A DNA stretch of 64,000 bases from Leucoraja erinacea (lineage: Eukaryota): NCBI RefSeq assembly GCF_028641065.1, contig NC_073410.1, forward strand, positions 6,448,001-6,512,000, given 5' to 3'. The translations under genes and the position numbers were made by a program. Below are positions 23,681 through 38,249 of the stretch, piece by piece (positions within the stretch are counted from its first letter, which is position 1; each line of letters begins with the position of its first letter). Below the pieces are notes generated by a model, which saw nothing but the letters and a program-made list of their open reading frames with translations, made no database searches and was not told the origin of the DNA.

Positions 23681-26445
23681 GCCTATCCTGAACCAATCAT
23701 CTAAAGTTAAAAAGAAAGAAGGTGAATGTTTTGGATAAAAAGGTTACATATGTAGAATACGGTCCACCCTCATTGTTGCTGATTCTTTGTAATGGATATG
23801 GACGCAAAATGCTGGAGTAACTCAGCTGGCCAGGCAGTATCTCTGGAGAAAAGGAATAGGTGATGTTTTGGGTCAAGACCGTTCTTCAGATTGAACCAAA
23901 ACTAAGCCTTTTTTTTTTTTTTTTTAAACAGAGATGCTACGTGAGCCACTGAATTACTGTTGCATTTTATGTTTATCTTGGGTGTAAACCTGCATCGGCA
24001 GTTTCTTCCTACACTCTTTTGTACTAGATTTTGGTTAAGTTGTAGGGAGCGTCCCCACAGTAATCAGACACTATTATCTCTAAGAACACAGGCTGTTAGT
24101 TACACTGCGAGAGGATTGTTGAAATAGACAAGTAATTGCTTCGATGGACATTTGTGGAATGATACTCTGTTAAACATTGTAACTTTTTAAAAAGTGTTTT
24201 TTAGTTTGAAGTAACAAAAATGTTTAGCTGTTCAAAATAACTTTTATTTGAAAACAACTTGTTTCATGGAGTGACTGCTAGGTGGTTGAAGCAAATTCTT
24301 TACTCAGTTGTAGCAGACGATCAATAACAGGCACCATTTCCATGAGAAGTTGTTCACGTGGAGAAAGAATAGAAAAGCTTTTTAAATATTGGTGTGGAGT
24401 GGAATGTTACTGGTTTGTGAAATGCAGAAAGTTGAGGTACAGTAAGCAGTTAGGAGGGATATGTGTGTAAGTTGGCTGGCAAGAATCTTTGGATGGTGTT
24501 GACATGACAACGATTTAGAAATTAGTTGGAGGAGCACAGTGACATAATTATTTAATATGCAGCCGGACACAGGGCCAGGATGGGTTCGTCTGGTAAGGTT
24601 GATAAGTGAGAAGATATTTGTGCAGTGAAGTTTGACAATTGATAATTTGTGCAATGGTGTTTGCAAGGTTGTAATGCATAATAACATTCTTGGCTCCTTT
24701 ACTAAACCTGGAGCAAAAGATGGGTTTTTGTTCACAGTATACTTGCTCCAATTATGTTGTAATGTTGTCTCTTGCATCATTCCTATAAACTAAACTATAT
24801 TATTGGCATCAGTGAAGGAAAATATTACCATTGGAAAATTGCATGGGCTGTTGATTATCATTTTGGCCTAGGACATTGTTTAAATTACCATGATGTCTGT
24901 TGCAAGCCAATGCATGGAATCTTTGTCAGTTGAGGTTTATGGCCAACTGTACCATTAAATATGTTTGTTATTTTCCCATATGCTACAGTGAACATTTGAA
25001 TAACCTTATAACAAAACTATTTTGAAAGCTATTTGGGACATTGCAGAGCTTTGTATAAGTTGCATTCCATTTCCCTTTGAGCTTCACTATCCGTCTTGTT
25101 TAATGAAATTGATATTAATTTCATTCAAACCAAAACTCTTCCCATCTCTTCGGTGTCCAGATCAGGTAATACAATTTAATACGACAATGACTGAACTCTG
25201 ATTATAAGAAATTATTTTTAATTGAAAGCATTTTAATTTGTCGTACTGGAGATTTTTTCTTGGCACGTTCAAGCCAAGAAGATGTATAAGTTTCATGACT
25301 CAATAACCCCACCAGTTGCTGGTCAAATGGTGGTCACCATGGTACAACTCTTTGAATCCAGGGGTTTGTACTCTATTAAACCTTTTGTCTCAACCAAAAT
25401 GGCATCTTGGAGGCTAATAATGCTGGATCCATTTCAATTTGATTATTTAACCATTGGTGCTGCTTTGTAGATCTGGAAGTAGTGATCTCTTTCTTTGGTG
25501 TGTGAATTATCTCTTATTGAACCAAAATTGCAATCAAAATACATTTCTGACTGTTTTCACTTGCCTTAGTAATTTCTGCTTTCATTGGCCATCTTGAAAC
25601 CATTTTTTTAATTCACAGTTTGCTTTAATCATAATGTGTTTGGTAATCCAAGTACCTTTTTTGATTGGAACCTGTGTGATGAGTGAACTGGGTACACATA
25701 GTCTGTCTTCCTTGCCCTTAAGAGCAAGGTACAACATGAAAGCATAGTTTGAACTGAGTAAAATCCAGGACAATGAGGGGAAGATATTTCACAATGCTGT
25801 TCACAGAAGTTGGGTAGAGTGTGCATGTATTATTTGGAATTGCTGGCATGACATAAGGGTTTGTGTTCTTTTAAGTACACAGGTCTTGGAATCTCTTTTC
25901 CAACTCTTGCACGATTATTATGGTATGTTTGTATATTAATATGATGAAGAAATAATGTTAGGCTAACAACTGCTGCTGTTGCTCAAAATCACAATATACA
26001 AAATTTCTACCATCCCAACTTCTGCTTAATAAAAAGAATTAGATCATGTAGTTTTCATTTGTCTACTTGGCCTGAATGTTACATGGGATTTGTCAAAGGT
26101 TATGGGTAGCTTGATGGTTGAAGTGTCTGATGCAAAGTACTTGGAGTTAGCATCCCTGATTTTTTTCTTTCTTTCTTTCTTGACAAACGCCTTCCATTGG
26201 AGTATAACATTTAAATTTCTAGGTAATGTAACATGGATAATGCTAACTAATTGCCAGAGCATTGGACGGAGAAACAAGATATTCACCTCTAAGCCAAGAT
26301 TGAGTTTGCACTAAAATGTCAGTGGAGGAGGTGACCAGTATTGGTAGTGCTGACTCCACCCCATCTGAGCTAAGTTAACATTCTTGTACTAGCGCTGTTC
26401 TCAAAACTGATTTGCACTTCCTTTTTTTATATTGTCACTGTGCAG

Positions 26446-26614
26446 GAAGATGTTTGTTGGTGGACTCAGCTGGGAAACAAGCAAGAAAGATTTAAGGGAC
26501 TACTTTTCTAAATATGGAGAAATTGTAGACTGCGTAATCAAAATGGATCCTGTGACTGGGCGTTCGCGAGGATTTGGGTTTATCCTCTTCAAGGATCCTG
26601 AAAGTGTAGAAAAG
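26446..26614 (+). CDS. hnRNP D/AB-like exon 2 (RRM1)
   Basis: tgcag|[56 protein letters not shown]|gtagga; RNP2 and RNP1 motifs. Confidence 0.96.
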
Positions 26615-28297
26615 GTAGGATTTGGTATTCACCTGGTTTTAACCTGACTTCATTCAGGTTAAATGAGGAAACCTAACTTCTTAAAACAATTCAACTCTGA
26701 TACTGCATAAGGTTGAACAGCAGGGTATTTTGGTTTCCATTTTACTTGTGCTCCTTTCTTTAGATCTACCGACTCCATTCTTCCACCAGGATGACAAATG
26801 AGTGATCTGTTCCTGGGTGTTTGCCCAAGTCATTTGAGCATATCATTTTAATTTGCACCATCTGTTTACCACATCTTCCTGTAGGGTGAAGTTGAACTGC
26901 AAAATTTACAAGTATAAAATACATTTACATTCATATACTGCCATTATATGACTGAACATCCAAAGTATTTGTGTGTTTATTTTTTTTTTTGGACAAATGC
27001 AGCTTCTGTATTGGTGTACGCAGAGTATAATGAATAATAAGATGAATTATTTTAATGTTTTTTGTTCTTGAGAGAAATAGCTTCAAGACATAGAGAACTT
27101 GCTTCTGATGGCAATTACACCATTTCCATTATCCACCTAAAGTCAGTTAAAAATGTCTTATCTGGCAAATGACTACTTCACCAAGCCACACTTTCTCGGT
27201 GCTCCAGTCATGTGCACACGTCCCAGTAGAATCTGAATCCACAACCGTTTGACCACGACAAACCATTGCATTTCCAGACACAAATTCTGCTTCATTTAAT
27301 AGAATACTGAATATATCAGGGAGATATAATGGGCACGTTCATGTCACAATCACCCAGTGGATTCCCTTTGGTGTTTCTCATTGGACTCCCGTCAGTTTGT
27401 TCAGCGATTGTTAAAAGCGCTCTTGTTGCCTTTTTATGATTCTCCTGCATTCATTGAGCCTTGAACCCACAGACCACAATAAAAAAACTGAATAGAAACT
27501 GCAATTGTGTTTTATCAGAATTTTTTTTTTTGGAAATGCAATGGTTATAGTTCACAGGCATGCTAATTAAATATTATAGTTCTGAATAAGTGTTTTAAAA
27601 TATCTTACACTGCTCTCTCAATTGCATGTGTTCGTTTTAAAGGGGGAAAAAAGTGCCCCGAAGTAGTACAAAGAACATTTAGGTGGTTCAGCTTGAAAAT
27701 GCCATTTTTGTAAATTGAAAGGTTCTAGTCCCACGGGCTCAGTAGATGGGGTTAGGGTAGAAATAATACGTGGTAATATATGCTCCTGCTTGATTAGATT
27801 ACGGACCAGACCTGACTAACTTTTGCATTTTATATTTGGGGAAACAAAGAATCCAGTTGTATTGGGTTGAGGTTTGTGTGGAATTTGTGTTGCAACATAG
27901 TGTGTTTAAATGACATTATCCAACACTTAAACTTTAAACATTTGTCTAATGGGGAGAGGGTATCCTGAAGTAGCTATTGTAATATGTTTAAAAGTACATT
28001 CAAATTGATTTTTTGTTAAAATTGCAGGTTGACTTGGTATTCCACAATCTTGGGAAGATTTCTATTCATCTTTGCACCTCAATTTTTTGTTTGTTTCTCG
28101 TTGGCTAATTTCTACTTTAGGCTACTTTTAGGAATCTAGTTTCTTTCTATGGACAATATTGATTTCTTTCATTGTGAATTCTTCAGTTGAGCTATCAACC
28201 ATCTCTGCTTGAGAGTATAAAGATGTATATGTTATCTCTATCTGGAGTGTCCTCAGTCCTGATGCCATTCTGATTAATACACACTATATTTGTTTTA

Positions 28298-31200
28298 AAC
28301 ATAGACATAGAATATAGGTGCAGGAGTAGGCCATTCGGTCCTTCGCGCCAGCACCGCCATTCAATATGATCATGGCGGATCATTCAAAATCAGTACTCCG
28401 TTCCTGCTTTCTCCCCATATCCCTCGATTCCATTAGCCCTAAGAGCTATATCAAACTGTCTCTTAAACATCCAGTGAAATGGCCTCCACTGCCTTCTTGG
28501 CAGAGAATTCCATAGATTCACAACTATCAGGATGAAAACATTTTTCCTCATCCCAGTCCTAAAAGACCTACCCCTTATTCTTACACTGTGACCCCTGGTT
28601 CTGGACTCTCCCAACATCGGGAAAATGTTTCCTGCATCTGTCCAATCCGTTAAGAATGGTATATGTTTCTATAAGATCCCCTCTCGTCCTAAATTCCAGT
28701 GAATATAAGCCCAGTTGATCCATTCTTTCCTCATACGTCAGTCCCGCCATCCTGGGAATTAATCTGGTGAACCTACGCTGCGCTCCCTCAATAGCAAGAA
28801 TGTCCTTCCTCGCATTAGGAGACCAAAACTGCACACAATCCAGGTGTGGTCTTGCCAGGGCCCTGTACAACTACAGTAGGAACTCCTGGCTCCTATACTC
28901 AAATCCTCTCGCTATGAAGGCCAACATACCATTTGCTTTCTTCACTGCCTGCTGTACCTGCATGTTCACTTTCAGTGACTGGTGTACAAGGACACGCAAG
29001 TCTCAATGCACCTCCCCTTTTCCGAATCTGACACAGTTCAGATAATAATCTGCAGCCTTGTTCGTGTCACCAAAGTGGTAACCTCACATTTGCCCGCATT
29101 ATACTGCATCTGTCCACTCACCAAACCTATCCAAGTCACCCTGTAGCCTCGTTGTAGCTCACCCCGCCACCCAGCTTTGTGTCATTTGCTAACTTGGAGA
29201 TGTTACTTTTTAACTCCTTTGTCTAAATCGTTAATATATATTGTAAATAGCTGGGGTCCCAGCACTGAGTGTTGCGGCACCCCACTAGTCACTCACTGCC
29301 TGCCATTTTTCAAACGACCCGTTAATTCCTACTCTTTGCTTCCTGCCTGCCAACCAGCTCGCCATGTCAATCTCCTACCCCCAATACCATATGATCTAAT
29401 TTTGCACACTAATCTCTTGTGTGGGACCTTGTCAAAGGCTTTTTGAAAATCCAGATACACCACATCCACTGGCTCTTCTTTTTCAATTCTACATGTTACA
29501 CCCTCAAAAAGATTCCAGAAGATTAGTCAAGCATGATTTCCCCTTCATAAATCACTGCTGGCTTTGACCGATCCTGTCACTGTTTTCCAAATGCGCTGCT
29601 ATTACATATTTAATAATTGACTCAAGCATCTTCCACACAACCAATGTCAGTCTAACTGGTTTATAATTCCCTCTCTTCTCTCTCCCTCCTTTGTTAAACA
29701 GTGGGGTTACATTAGCTACCCTCCAGTCCACAGGAACTCAGTCTATAGAACTTTGGAAAATGATCACTAATGCGTCCACGATTTCTAGGGCCACCTCATT
29801 GAGTAATCTGGGATGCAGACCATCAAGCCCTGGGGATTTATCTGCCTTCAGTCCCAACAGTTCACCTAAAACCATTTTCTGACTAACGTGCATTCCCTTC
29901 AGTTCCTCCCGACCACTAGATCCCTGGTCCTATATTATTTCTGAGCGATTGTTTGTCTTCCTTAGTGAAGACAGAATCAAAGTATCTGTTTAACTGGTCT
30001 GTCATTTCCTGTTTCCCATTATAAATTTACCTGTTTCTGACTAAGGGACCTACATTTTTCCTCACTAATCTTTTCCTCGTCTCATATCTATAGAAGCTTT
30101 CAGTCAGTTTTTATATTCCCCACAAGCTTTCTTTCATGCTCTATTTTCCGTATCTTAATTAACCCCTTTGTCCTCTTGAATTCTAAGTTTCTCCTAGTCC
30201 TCTGGTTTGCTGCTTCATCTGGCCAATTTATATGCCTCTTCCTTGGATTTAAAGCAATCACTAATTTCCTTCGTTAGCCACGGTTGAGCCGCTTTCCCTG
30301 TTTTATTTTTATGTCAGACAAGTATGAACAATTGTTATAATTCATCCATGCAATCTATAAATCTTTGCCATTACATATCCACTGTCAACCTTAAGTATAA
30401 TTTGCCAGTTTATCCTAGCAAATTTCTATCTCATACCTCCAAAGTTACCTTTCTTTACGTTCAGGACTCGTGTCTCTGAATGAACTATGTTGCTTTCCAT
30501 CTTAATGCAGAATTCTACCATATTATGGTCACTGTTGCCAAGGGGCTTTGCACTACAAGATTGCTGACTGATCCTTCCCCATTGCACAATACCCAGTCTA
30601 GGATGACATGCCCTCTAGTTGGTTCCTCTACATATTGACTTAGAAAACCATCTCGTATATACTCCAAGAAATCCTCCGTATTGTTACCAATTTGGTTAGC
30701 CCAATTTATGTAGATTAAAGTCACCTATGATAACTGCTATACCGTTGCTACATGCATCCCTAATTTCCTAATACCCCCAACTTCACTACTGCTGTTTGGT
30801 GGTCTGTACACAACTCCAACAAGCGTTTTCTGCCCTTTGCTATTTTGCAGTTCCACCCATACAGATTCTACTGCATCCAAGCTATTGTTACTCCTTACTA
30901 TTGTTACTCCTTACTATTGCATTAATCTCCTCTTTAACCATCTATGCCACCCCACCTCCTCTTCCTTTCCGTCTATTCTTCCTGAATATTGAATTCCCCT
31001 GCATGTTGAGCTCCCAGCCTTTGTCACCCTGGAGCCATTTCTCCATAATCCCAACTATATCATATCCATTAACAACTAACCACATTCAATTCATCCACCT
31101 TATTACGAATGCTCCTCACATTAAGGCACAAAGCTTTTGGGTTTATTTTAATATTCTTAGACCTTCCACTTCTACTTTTCTACCCTTAGATTCCGGCCCT

Positions 31201-32040
31201 CATTTTCTAGCCCCCCCTGCCCCCATTCCCCCCCAACCCCCCCCCCCCCCCCGCATTAGTTTAAAAACTCTTCCCAAAGCAGCACCAGCGAACACTCCCC
31301 GAGGACATTGGTTCCAGTCCAGCCGGGTGTACTGGTCCCAAGAACCGGTTCCAATGCCCTAGGAATAATGAATCCCAACCCCCTGGCACCATCTTTAAGC
31401 ATGGATCCCTCACCAAGGAACTATAGCCCTCTGTCTCCCTGCATTGGTTGCCATCATGAAGAAGGTGCAGGAGTCTGAATACTAACGTCCAGGTTCAGGA
31501 GCAGCTTCTTCCCCCCCACAGCCATCAGGCTATTAAACCCAACGAATAAGCTATGAGCTCTGAACTGCAAAAGACTATTATTATTTGGTATTTGCACTAT
31601 TTTTTTCTTTTATTGAACTTTTTCTTTTTTCCCCGTTGTATACAATGTTTACATATTCACATATTCTGTTGTGCTGTAGCAAGTAAGAATTTCATAGTCC
31701 CATTCGGGACATATGACAATAAAACACTCTTGACTCTTTTGAGATCCTACTTTTTAATTTACTTCCTAACTCCCTAAATTCGCTTTGTAAGACCTCATCC
31801 CATTTTCTACCTATGCCGCTGGCACCTACGTGCCCCACTAACACTGGCTGTTCGCCCTCCCCCTCCAGAATGCCTTGCAGCCGCTCCGAGTCATCCTTGA
31901 CCCTTGCACCAGGGAGGCAACATACCAACCTGGAGTCTCTTGCGACCGCCTATTGATTCCCGTTACATGGAATCCCCTATCACTACAGCTCTCCCTATCA
32001 CTATAGCTCTCCCACTCTCGTTCCTGCCCACCTGTGCTAT
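28298..32040 (-). mobile_element. Long decayed CR1-clade LINE (ORF1 esterase-like, endonuclease, RT, 3' tail) in hnRNP intron 2
   Basis: VCCLPGARVKDDSERLQGILEGEGEQP (ORF1); FLSQYVEEPTRGHVILDWVLCN (EN); LDFQKAFDKVPH region; YRALARPHLDCVQFWSP...; many frameshifts. Confidence 0.9.
31405..31736 (+). mobile_element. Rex1/Babar-type 3' fragment nested in the CR1 LINE
   Basis: gtccaggttcaggagcagcttcttcc (SRFRSSFF) and tail aataaaacactcttgact, opposite orientation to the host LINE. Confidence 0.65.
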
Positions 32041-35017
32041 ATTGCTGCTATCCCATTCCTTTTGGTCTTGTCACACATTGAAGCCAGTTTAAATAGTGAG
32101 TTGATAACTGGGTGATGCGTTGACTAGGGGGAATGATACAAGGATTTTACATATAAGTATGCTGGTATTGAAGTTACTGGTTTGAATTGATGCTGCTGCA
32201 CATCTTCATGTGCTGATCTAGATTTCATTTGTGTCGTCAGTTAGGACTGGGAAAAATTGACATTGTAACTTTGTCTTAGGGTCTTATTACAACAAGTGTC
32301 ACAATTTTATTTGGGAGGACAATGGAAGAGGTCTGGAATCAGGAGCTCTTCTCTGGAGCAAGATATTGGAGATTGACAGAAGAAAATAATATTTTGAAAA
32401 TGGCAGAAATCTGGAAGTGCTGTCTGAGAGCTATACATTCTAAATGGTCTTGGCAGCTGAAATTATCAATGTTTTACTTGAAGCAGTGACCAGGAGAGTA
32501 AAGGAACTATTGCAATGCAGTTTTGTCCTGCAGACCGTTTCAACAGCAAACTTAAAGTATTTGCGTTTTGAAGTTTCTTCAATATACCATCAAGATTTGG
32601 ACATGTTGGCAAACTGCAACAGCCAGTATTTGAACTTGATTCTGTTTTAACATGACTGTTTCCCTGTGGAAGGGATGTAAAACATGAAGGAAAATCAGTT
32701 GAATACAGTGAAGGAAGGCTTTGCTAAAACAACAGATTATAATCCCAAGTATATGCTTTCATTTTGATAGCTAAATATTACACATTTTATAGCAAATATT
32801 TGGATGTGTTATGCAGTGTGCAGATCACAGCAAGGTAGTAAATATATTGTTGAGGTCAAAATGGTTGAGGGGCTTCATGAAGTGCTCTTTCAGGTGACCC
32901 ATTATCACCATTGAATCACAAGGAAACGTTCACTTATCCCAAGGTGTTGGACACCATGATGCATTTTGCTTTGGGTTGTGAATTGAGCATTGAAACAATA
33001 CTAGGATAGGTGTACCTCTTGTTAATTGAGAGGGTAATAGTTCATTGTGGGGGGAAAAAATATTTTGGGCAAATGCTAATGTGCACCTAGTCTGCTTTCT
33101 GCATTTTATCCACTATTGGGTAAATAGGATGACTTCAGAAGTAGCTGTTAAATTGTTTTATACCATTTAATTTGAGTGTTTAGAATTTGGTCTCTTTCAC
33201 ATTCATCTTGTGACGAGGTTCCTTTTGCATTTTAGACGCAGGTATATGCAACTTACAAGTTTTCTTGCATTTTATATTAAGTAACATGTGGATAAAATTA
33301 AGTGCTAACAGGGGACGTAATGTTTTATGAAAAATATATTGTGTTTAACAAATTAGTTATTTTTGAAGATCTAACCAGAAGGTTAGGTAAAGGGTAACCC
33401 AAGAATGTATCTGGGTAAAATATTGATTCTTTATCTACTCCATCCTCTGCAATAAAGGTCAATATTCCGTTGTCAAAATCATTTGCTGTACCTGTATCAT
33501 AATTTTCTCTATGCATGACAAGGTGCCACAAGATAAGGACTTTAGGATTGAATATTTCTGGAAGATTGGTTAACAAATAGAGGTAGTGACAAATGGGTTG
33601 TTCTTCAAGTTGGCAAACTGTAAATCACCAATACACATCAAGTTGTGGTTATAATTATGAATAACTGATGGAACTGAGTGCCATATTTCAGAAAATCTGG
33701 ATACAAGGAGGCACAAGATACTACTGAAATCTGGAGCAAAAAAAACTGCTCAGTGATCTTGGCAGGTCAATCGGCATCTGTGGATGCTTGATGTTTCAGG
33801 TCAATACGCTGAATAAGGTTCTATATGTTTAGTTGCCAAAGCACTGCTTTATAACAGTTTTTGGTGGAATGAACTAATGTGTGGCTCATCAATAAAGTAT
33901 TGATCATTAAAGTATTGGTAAATTTGCCCCATATCAATAATATCAGGGTTCTGTTGATAAATGTCTTGAGGTATTTGGGTATTTTGGCAGTGCTGGCTTT
34001 AGCACATTGATTTCTCATGAAGGTTTGTGATAAATTAATATCTTGGAATGATTTAGTGCTTCTGAGAGGATGCTCCCAGTCTGTTGACAAAAAATAAACT
34101 GCTGGAGGAACTCTGAGACCGACACTTGTGGAGGAACATGGACAAACAACATTTCACTGAAACATTGCTGCCCACCTGTTCTTCTAGCAGTTTGCTTTTA
34201 CTCATAATTCCACTATCTGCAGTCTCTTGTGGCTCCTTGTCTGTTGGTTCAGACATATTAAGATTTAGACTTGGTGATGAGAAAGAGGGAAGTATAAATG
34301 TCCATATCCCATATAAATCACACATCTGTATTTTGGCCTTTGACAAGCTGGCATAGATATTTGATGCCAGGAGGGGCTGAGGCTAGCACTAAGAATAAAA
34401 TCTTCAAACAAATGCAAGGCTTGATGCACTGAAACACAGATGAATTCCATCCTTAATTTTTTTAAACATTTTTAAGTTTGATATATAGGATTTTAAAATG
34501 TGAAATAGTTTGTGGGATTTACAAATGATCCAAGATCTGAATGAAATAAAGGCACAGTGACAAACACTTGTATAGTGGGGAGCATTTCATCATGGAGTTC
34601 AGCTTGAAAATTGGAATACAAACAGAGACCACTAGTTAAATGGTGATAATGTTTGCACTGGTTTTCCCTCAACATAGCTTAATTGTTTTCTCTAATGCTG
34701 CTTATATTATACTATTTTTAGTACAACATTGTTAATTATTTCACTGAATTCCTTTGTATTGGTGACATTTAAAATTTGGGTGCACAAGAAATTTGGAAGT
34801 CAAATTATACCTTGTTTTTCATTGCAAGATAGTTTAAGTAAAAGAGCAGAAATACCATGCAATTAAATTCCTGGTGACTCCATGTCATGAATATTGTGTA
34901 CACATTTATTTCCCATGTTAGGAAGGATATATTTTACATGGAGGCAGTGAAAGGACGAGTTGCCAGAATCGAAGCAGACCGGGCTTGTACTCTAAAGTTT
35001 TAGCAGAATGAGAGCTG

Positions 35018-35055
<38 letters not shown>

Positions 35056-35519
35056 GGGGTGTGGTGGTGGAGTCGGTGTGGAGTCGGTTGGAGTCGATGT
35101 TTCCTGTAACTGTTCAGAATCAGGAGCTATGATCTCCAAATGGGACATGAGAAATTTCTTTACAGAGAGGGAAGTGAATCTTTGAAATTCTCTATTTGAG
35201 AGGGCAGCGGGGCTCGGTGACTATGTTTGTGGTCGGCCATGATCTCTTGGAGTAGTATAAGGGGCTGAGTGGCCTGCTCCAACTGTCATGTATTTAAGGT
35301 GGTTGTTGGAACAGAGTAAGAGATTCGGGAGATGGAGGATAAATTCTGAATTAAGCTATTATCACTTTTTCAAAAAGTACTTAACCAGGGATTTTAGAAC
35401 CTACAGAATTTACATGCATATTAATTTAATTTTGCTTGTTAAAATAAAATCACTTGCACTTGATCATTACATTAATTCAACAAAAGCATTATAAATCAGT
35501 ATTTTGTTTTAATGTTCAG

Positions 35520-35678
35520 GTATTAAATAAGGAACACAAACTTGATGGAAGAGTTATTGACCCCAAGAGAGCACAAGCTATGAAGGGCAAAGAACAAATC
35601 AAGAAAATCTTTGTGGGTGGGTTGGATCCTGACTGTCCGGAAGAAAAAGTGAGAGAATACTTCGGAACCTATGGAGAG
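35520..35678 (+). CDS. hnRNP D/AB-like exon 3 (RRM1 end, RRM2 start)
   Basis: ttcag|[53 protein letters not shown]|gtaaga. Confidence 0.96.
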
Positions 35679-36003
35679 GTAAGATCTTACTTTGCCCTCA
35701 GCAAAACAGTATGTAAATGTTTTGTAATAAGTGTATCATCATTCACAAATTAATCCAGGATGGAAACCATAATTACTTTCAGGCCAATAATTTGTTTAAT
35801 CCTTGTAACTTTCTTGCTGATCACTGTTGCCAGGTCTTTGGTATTCCTGGGGGTTTGGTAAGAAAGAGAAAATAATTTCCAAAAGTTTGCCTTGGACCAA
35901 CATGCTCAATGATGTAAAGGCTGTCTGAAAGAAATGTTAAGAGAACAGTAAAGTTGATTTCCCCAATTTAGATTTTTTTTTTTTTCCTTTGGTTATTTCA
36001 TAG

Positions 36004-36135
36004 ATTGAATCAATTGAACTTCCCATGGATACCAAGACCAACAAAAGAAGAGGGTTCTGCTTCATCACATTCAAAGAAGATAATCCAGTAAAGACGATTA
36101 TGGAGAAGAAGTTTCACGATGTGGGAACGAGCAAG
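36004..36135 (+). CDS. hnRNP D/AB-like exon 4 (RRM2)
   Basis: catag|[44 protein letters not shown]|gtatgg. Confidence 0.96.
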
Positions 36136-36413
36136 GTATGGTAATTTTCTAATGGTAGTTAAGAATCCTCGTTTCACAACACAAAATGGCCCTTTGGCCC
36201 ATCAGTAAATTACACTAATCTCATTTTCTGTGAATTGGTTAATAAATGCTGATTGTGTGTACATTATATTAGTATCTTGTCAATTACAAGAATAAATAAA
36301 TATCGAATCCATTTTTATAAGCCTCATTCACAGTTATTCTAAGCTTTCATATAATACATGATGTTTCTGGAACACAAGCACAACTTTTAATTGCTACTAT
36401 GTTTGTTTTAAAG

Positions 36414-36507
36414 GTGGAAATCAAATTGGCTCAGCCTAAGGAAGTGTACCAGCAACAGCAGTGGGGAGGCAGAGGTGGACTCACAGGAAGAGGAAGAGGT
36501 AGAGGAG
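36414..36507 (+). CDS. hnRNP D/AB-like exon 5 (Q-rich, RGG)
   Basis: taaag|[31 protein letters not shown](G)|gtataa. Confidence 0.93.
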
Positions 36508-36794
36508 GTATAATGTGTGGAGGACAGTGATCTTCACAGTAGGGAACAATGATTACATGCTGTAATAAATGTACAACCCTTGACAACCCTTTTTTTTTAG
36601 CAACACATTTTATGGTGGCTGCTGGCCTTTGAGGTTTTTCCATACATGGGAAGAGCAGTGTGGCCAAAAACAGAAGGGAAGTCACTGTAATTTCCTTGAC
36701 ATTTAACAGGAGGTGAATGGGACATGCAAAACTGCGTTTTTCACTATCTCGAAACACCCGACAATAATAATTTTGGAGCACATGAGATCTGGAC

Positions 36795-37262
36795 ATCAGT
36801 CATCGAGTCTTACGATGTGGAAACAGGCACTTCGACCCAACCTGCCCACATTGACCAACGTGTCGCCTCTACACTAGTCCCGCCTGTCTGCATTTGGCCC
36901 GTATACATTTAAACCTATTGTATCCATGTACCTGTCCAAATGTTTCTTAAACGTCGCTTCAACTACCTCGTTTGACAGTTCGTTCCATACACCCTTTGTG
37001 TAAAACCAAAAGTTACCCCTTTGGGTTCCTATTCAATCATTTCCCCCCTCACCATAAACCTGTGTCTTCTGGTTTTCAATTTCCTTACTCTGGGCGAGAG
37101 ACTGGAGTGTATTCATCCAATCTATTCCTCATGATTTTGTGTACCTCTATAATATCACCCCTCATCCTCCTACACTGCAAAGAATAGGGTCCTAGCCTGC
37201 TCAACCTCTCCCTGTAGCTCAGGCCCTCGAGTCCTGGCAACAAGCTCAAATCTTCTAAACCC
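36795..37262 (-). mobile_element. CR1/HER1-like LINE 3' end
   Basis: Reverse complement of the family at 7490 and 12525. Confidence 0.85.
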
Positions 37263-38249
37263 TTTCGTACAAGATGACACCACTTTCAAGAAAAGATCTG
37301 GCTGGATTGCGGCTTCTGAGCAACACATCTTAGCAGCAAACGGTTAAGCTGCTTTCTGAATAGCAACTTTCACAGGCAACGTCTTCATACTGAGCTATGG
37401 GCAGTTCTTTGCTGAGGGAACATCAGCAGAGTAGGTTTCCAGCAAAGTGGTATGTTGTGACAGGAAGGGTGGCAGTTTGTGCCTAGTGTTGTAATTCTGG
37501 GTGGGGGTGGGATGTCTAATTCACTACAGATTCCCAGCACAGCTTCTGTCTCTGGTGTCCGTTTTTATTGTTAAATCAATTAATCCTCTTGTTCTTGCAA
37601 ACATCCCAAGAGCTATGCAAGGTATCAGTGTGTCATAACGGAAATACTATGTTATTTTATCCCGTTGTCACGACTGCCACGATTGCAGATAATATATGAT
37701 GAAATGTTCACATATAGAAATGGCTTGCATTTAAATTGCATATCATTCCATCAGAATGATTGTGCATGCAGCCAATGGGAAGTGTAGTCATTTATAATGT
37801 ATTTTTTTAAATGATTCCCTGAGCAGCTGTTGGATGATTCAAATCGTTCATCTGATTTGGTTGAATGCGGATTGGCCAGAGATGGGGTAACTTGCAATAA
37901 TCTTGCAAACATCCAAATGTTCAGTCTTTCGCTTGCAAGCTATGGCCATGTTTCTGTGGGTCTGGACAGTATAGCTCCACATAATACTGTGCTGGAATTA
38001 AATTATTCTGAGGGTCTGGATTATAGGATCAAATTCCGTCTTCTGCCATGAGATGTACCAGCAACTCTGTCAATCTTATGCTTTATTTGCTTTCGTAGCT
38101 TTCTGTTGTTTATACATCTAATTCACAACTACAGTTAAGAATGAGGTGTATGGATTGCAGCCATAAAGATGAAATGTGTTCTGTACAAATTTTGATACTT
38201 TTTTTGTCCACTTTGAATTGTTAATAATTGTTTGTTTTTCCCTTTCTAG

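Noticed and set aside
23275-25110. About 50-bp similarity between 23275 and 25058 (agttgcattccatttcccttt...cttcact)
   Set aside because: Short, diverged and adjacent to a repeat boundary; no function can be supported.
30796-31362. 188-aa plus-strand ORF
   Set aside because: Antisense to the CR1 endonuclease region, with a poly-C tract; no recognisable domain.
35020-35053. Long poly-G tracts (also near 22717 and 46086) as functional G-quadruplexes
   Set aside because: They lie inside retroelement remnants, and homopolymer lengths are unreliable in assemblies.
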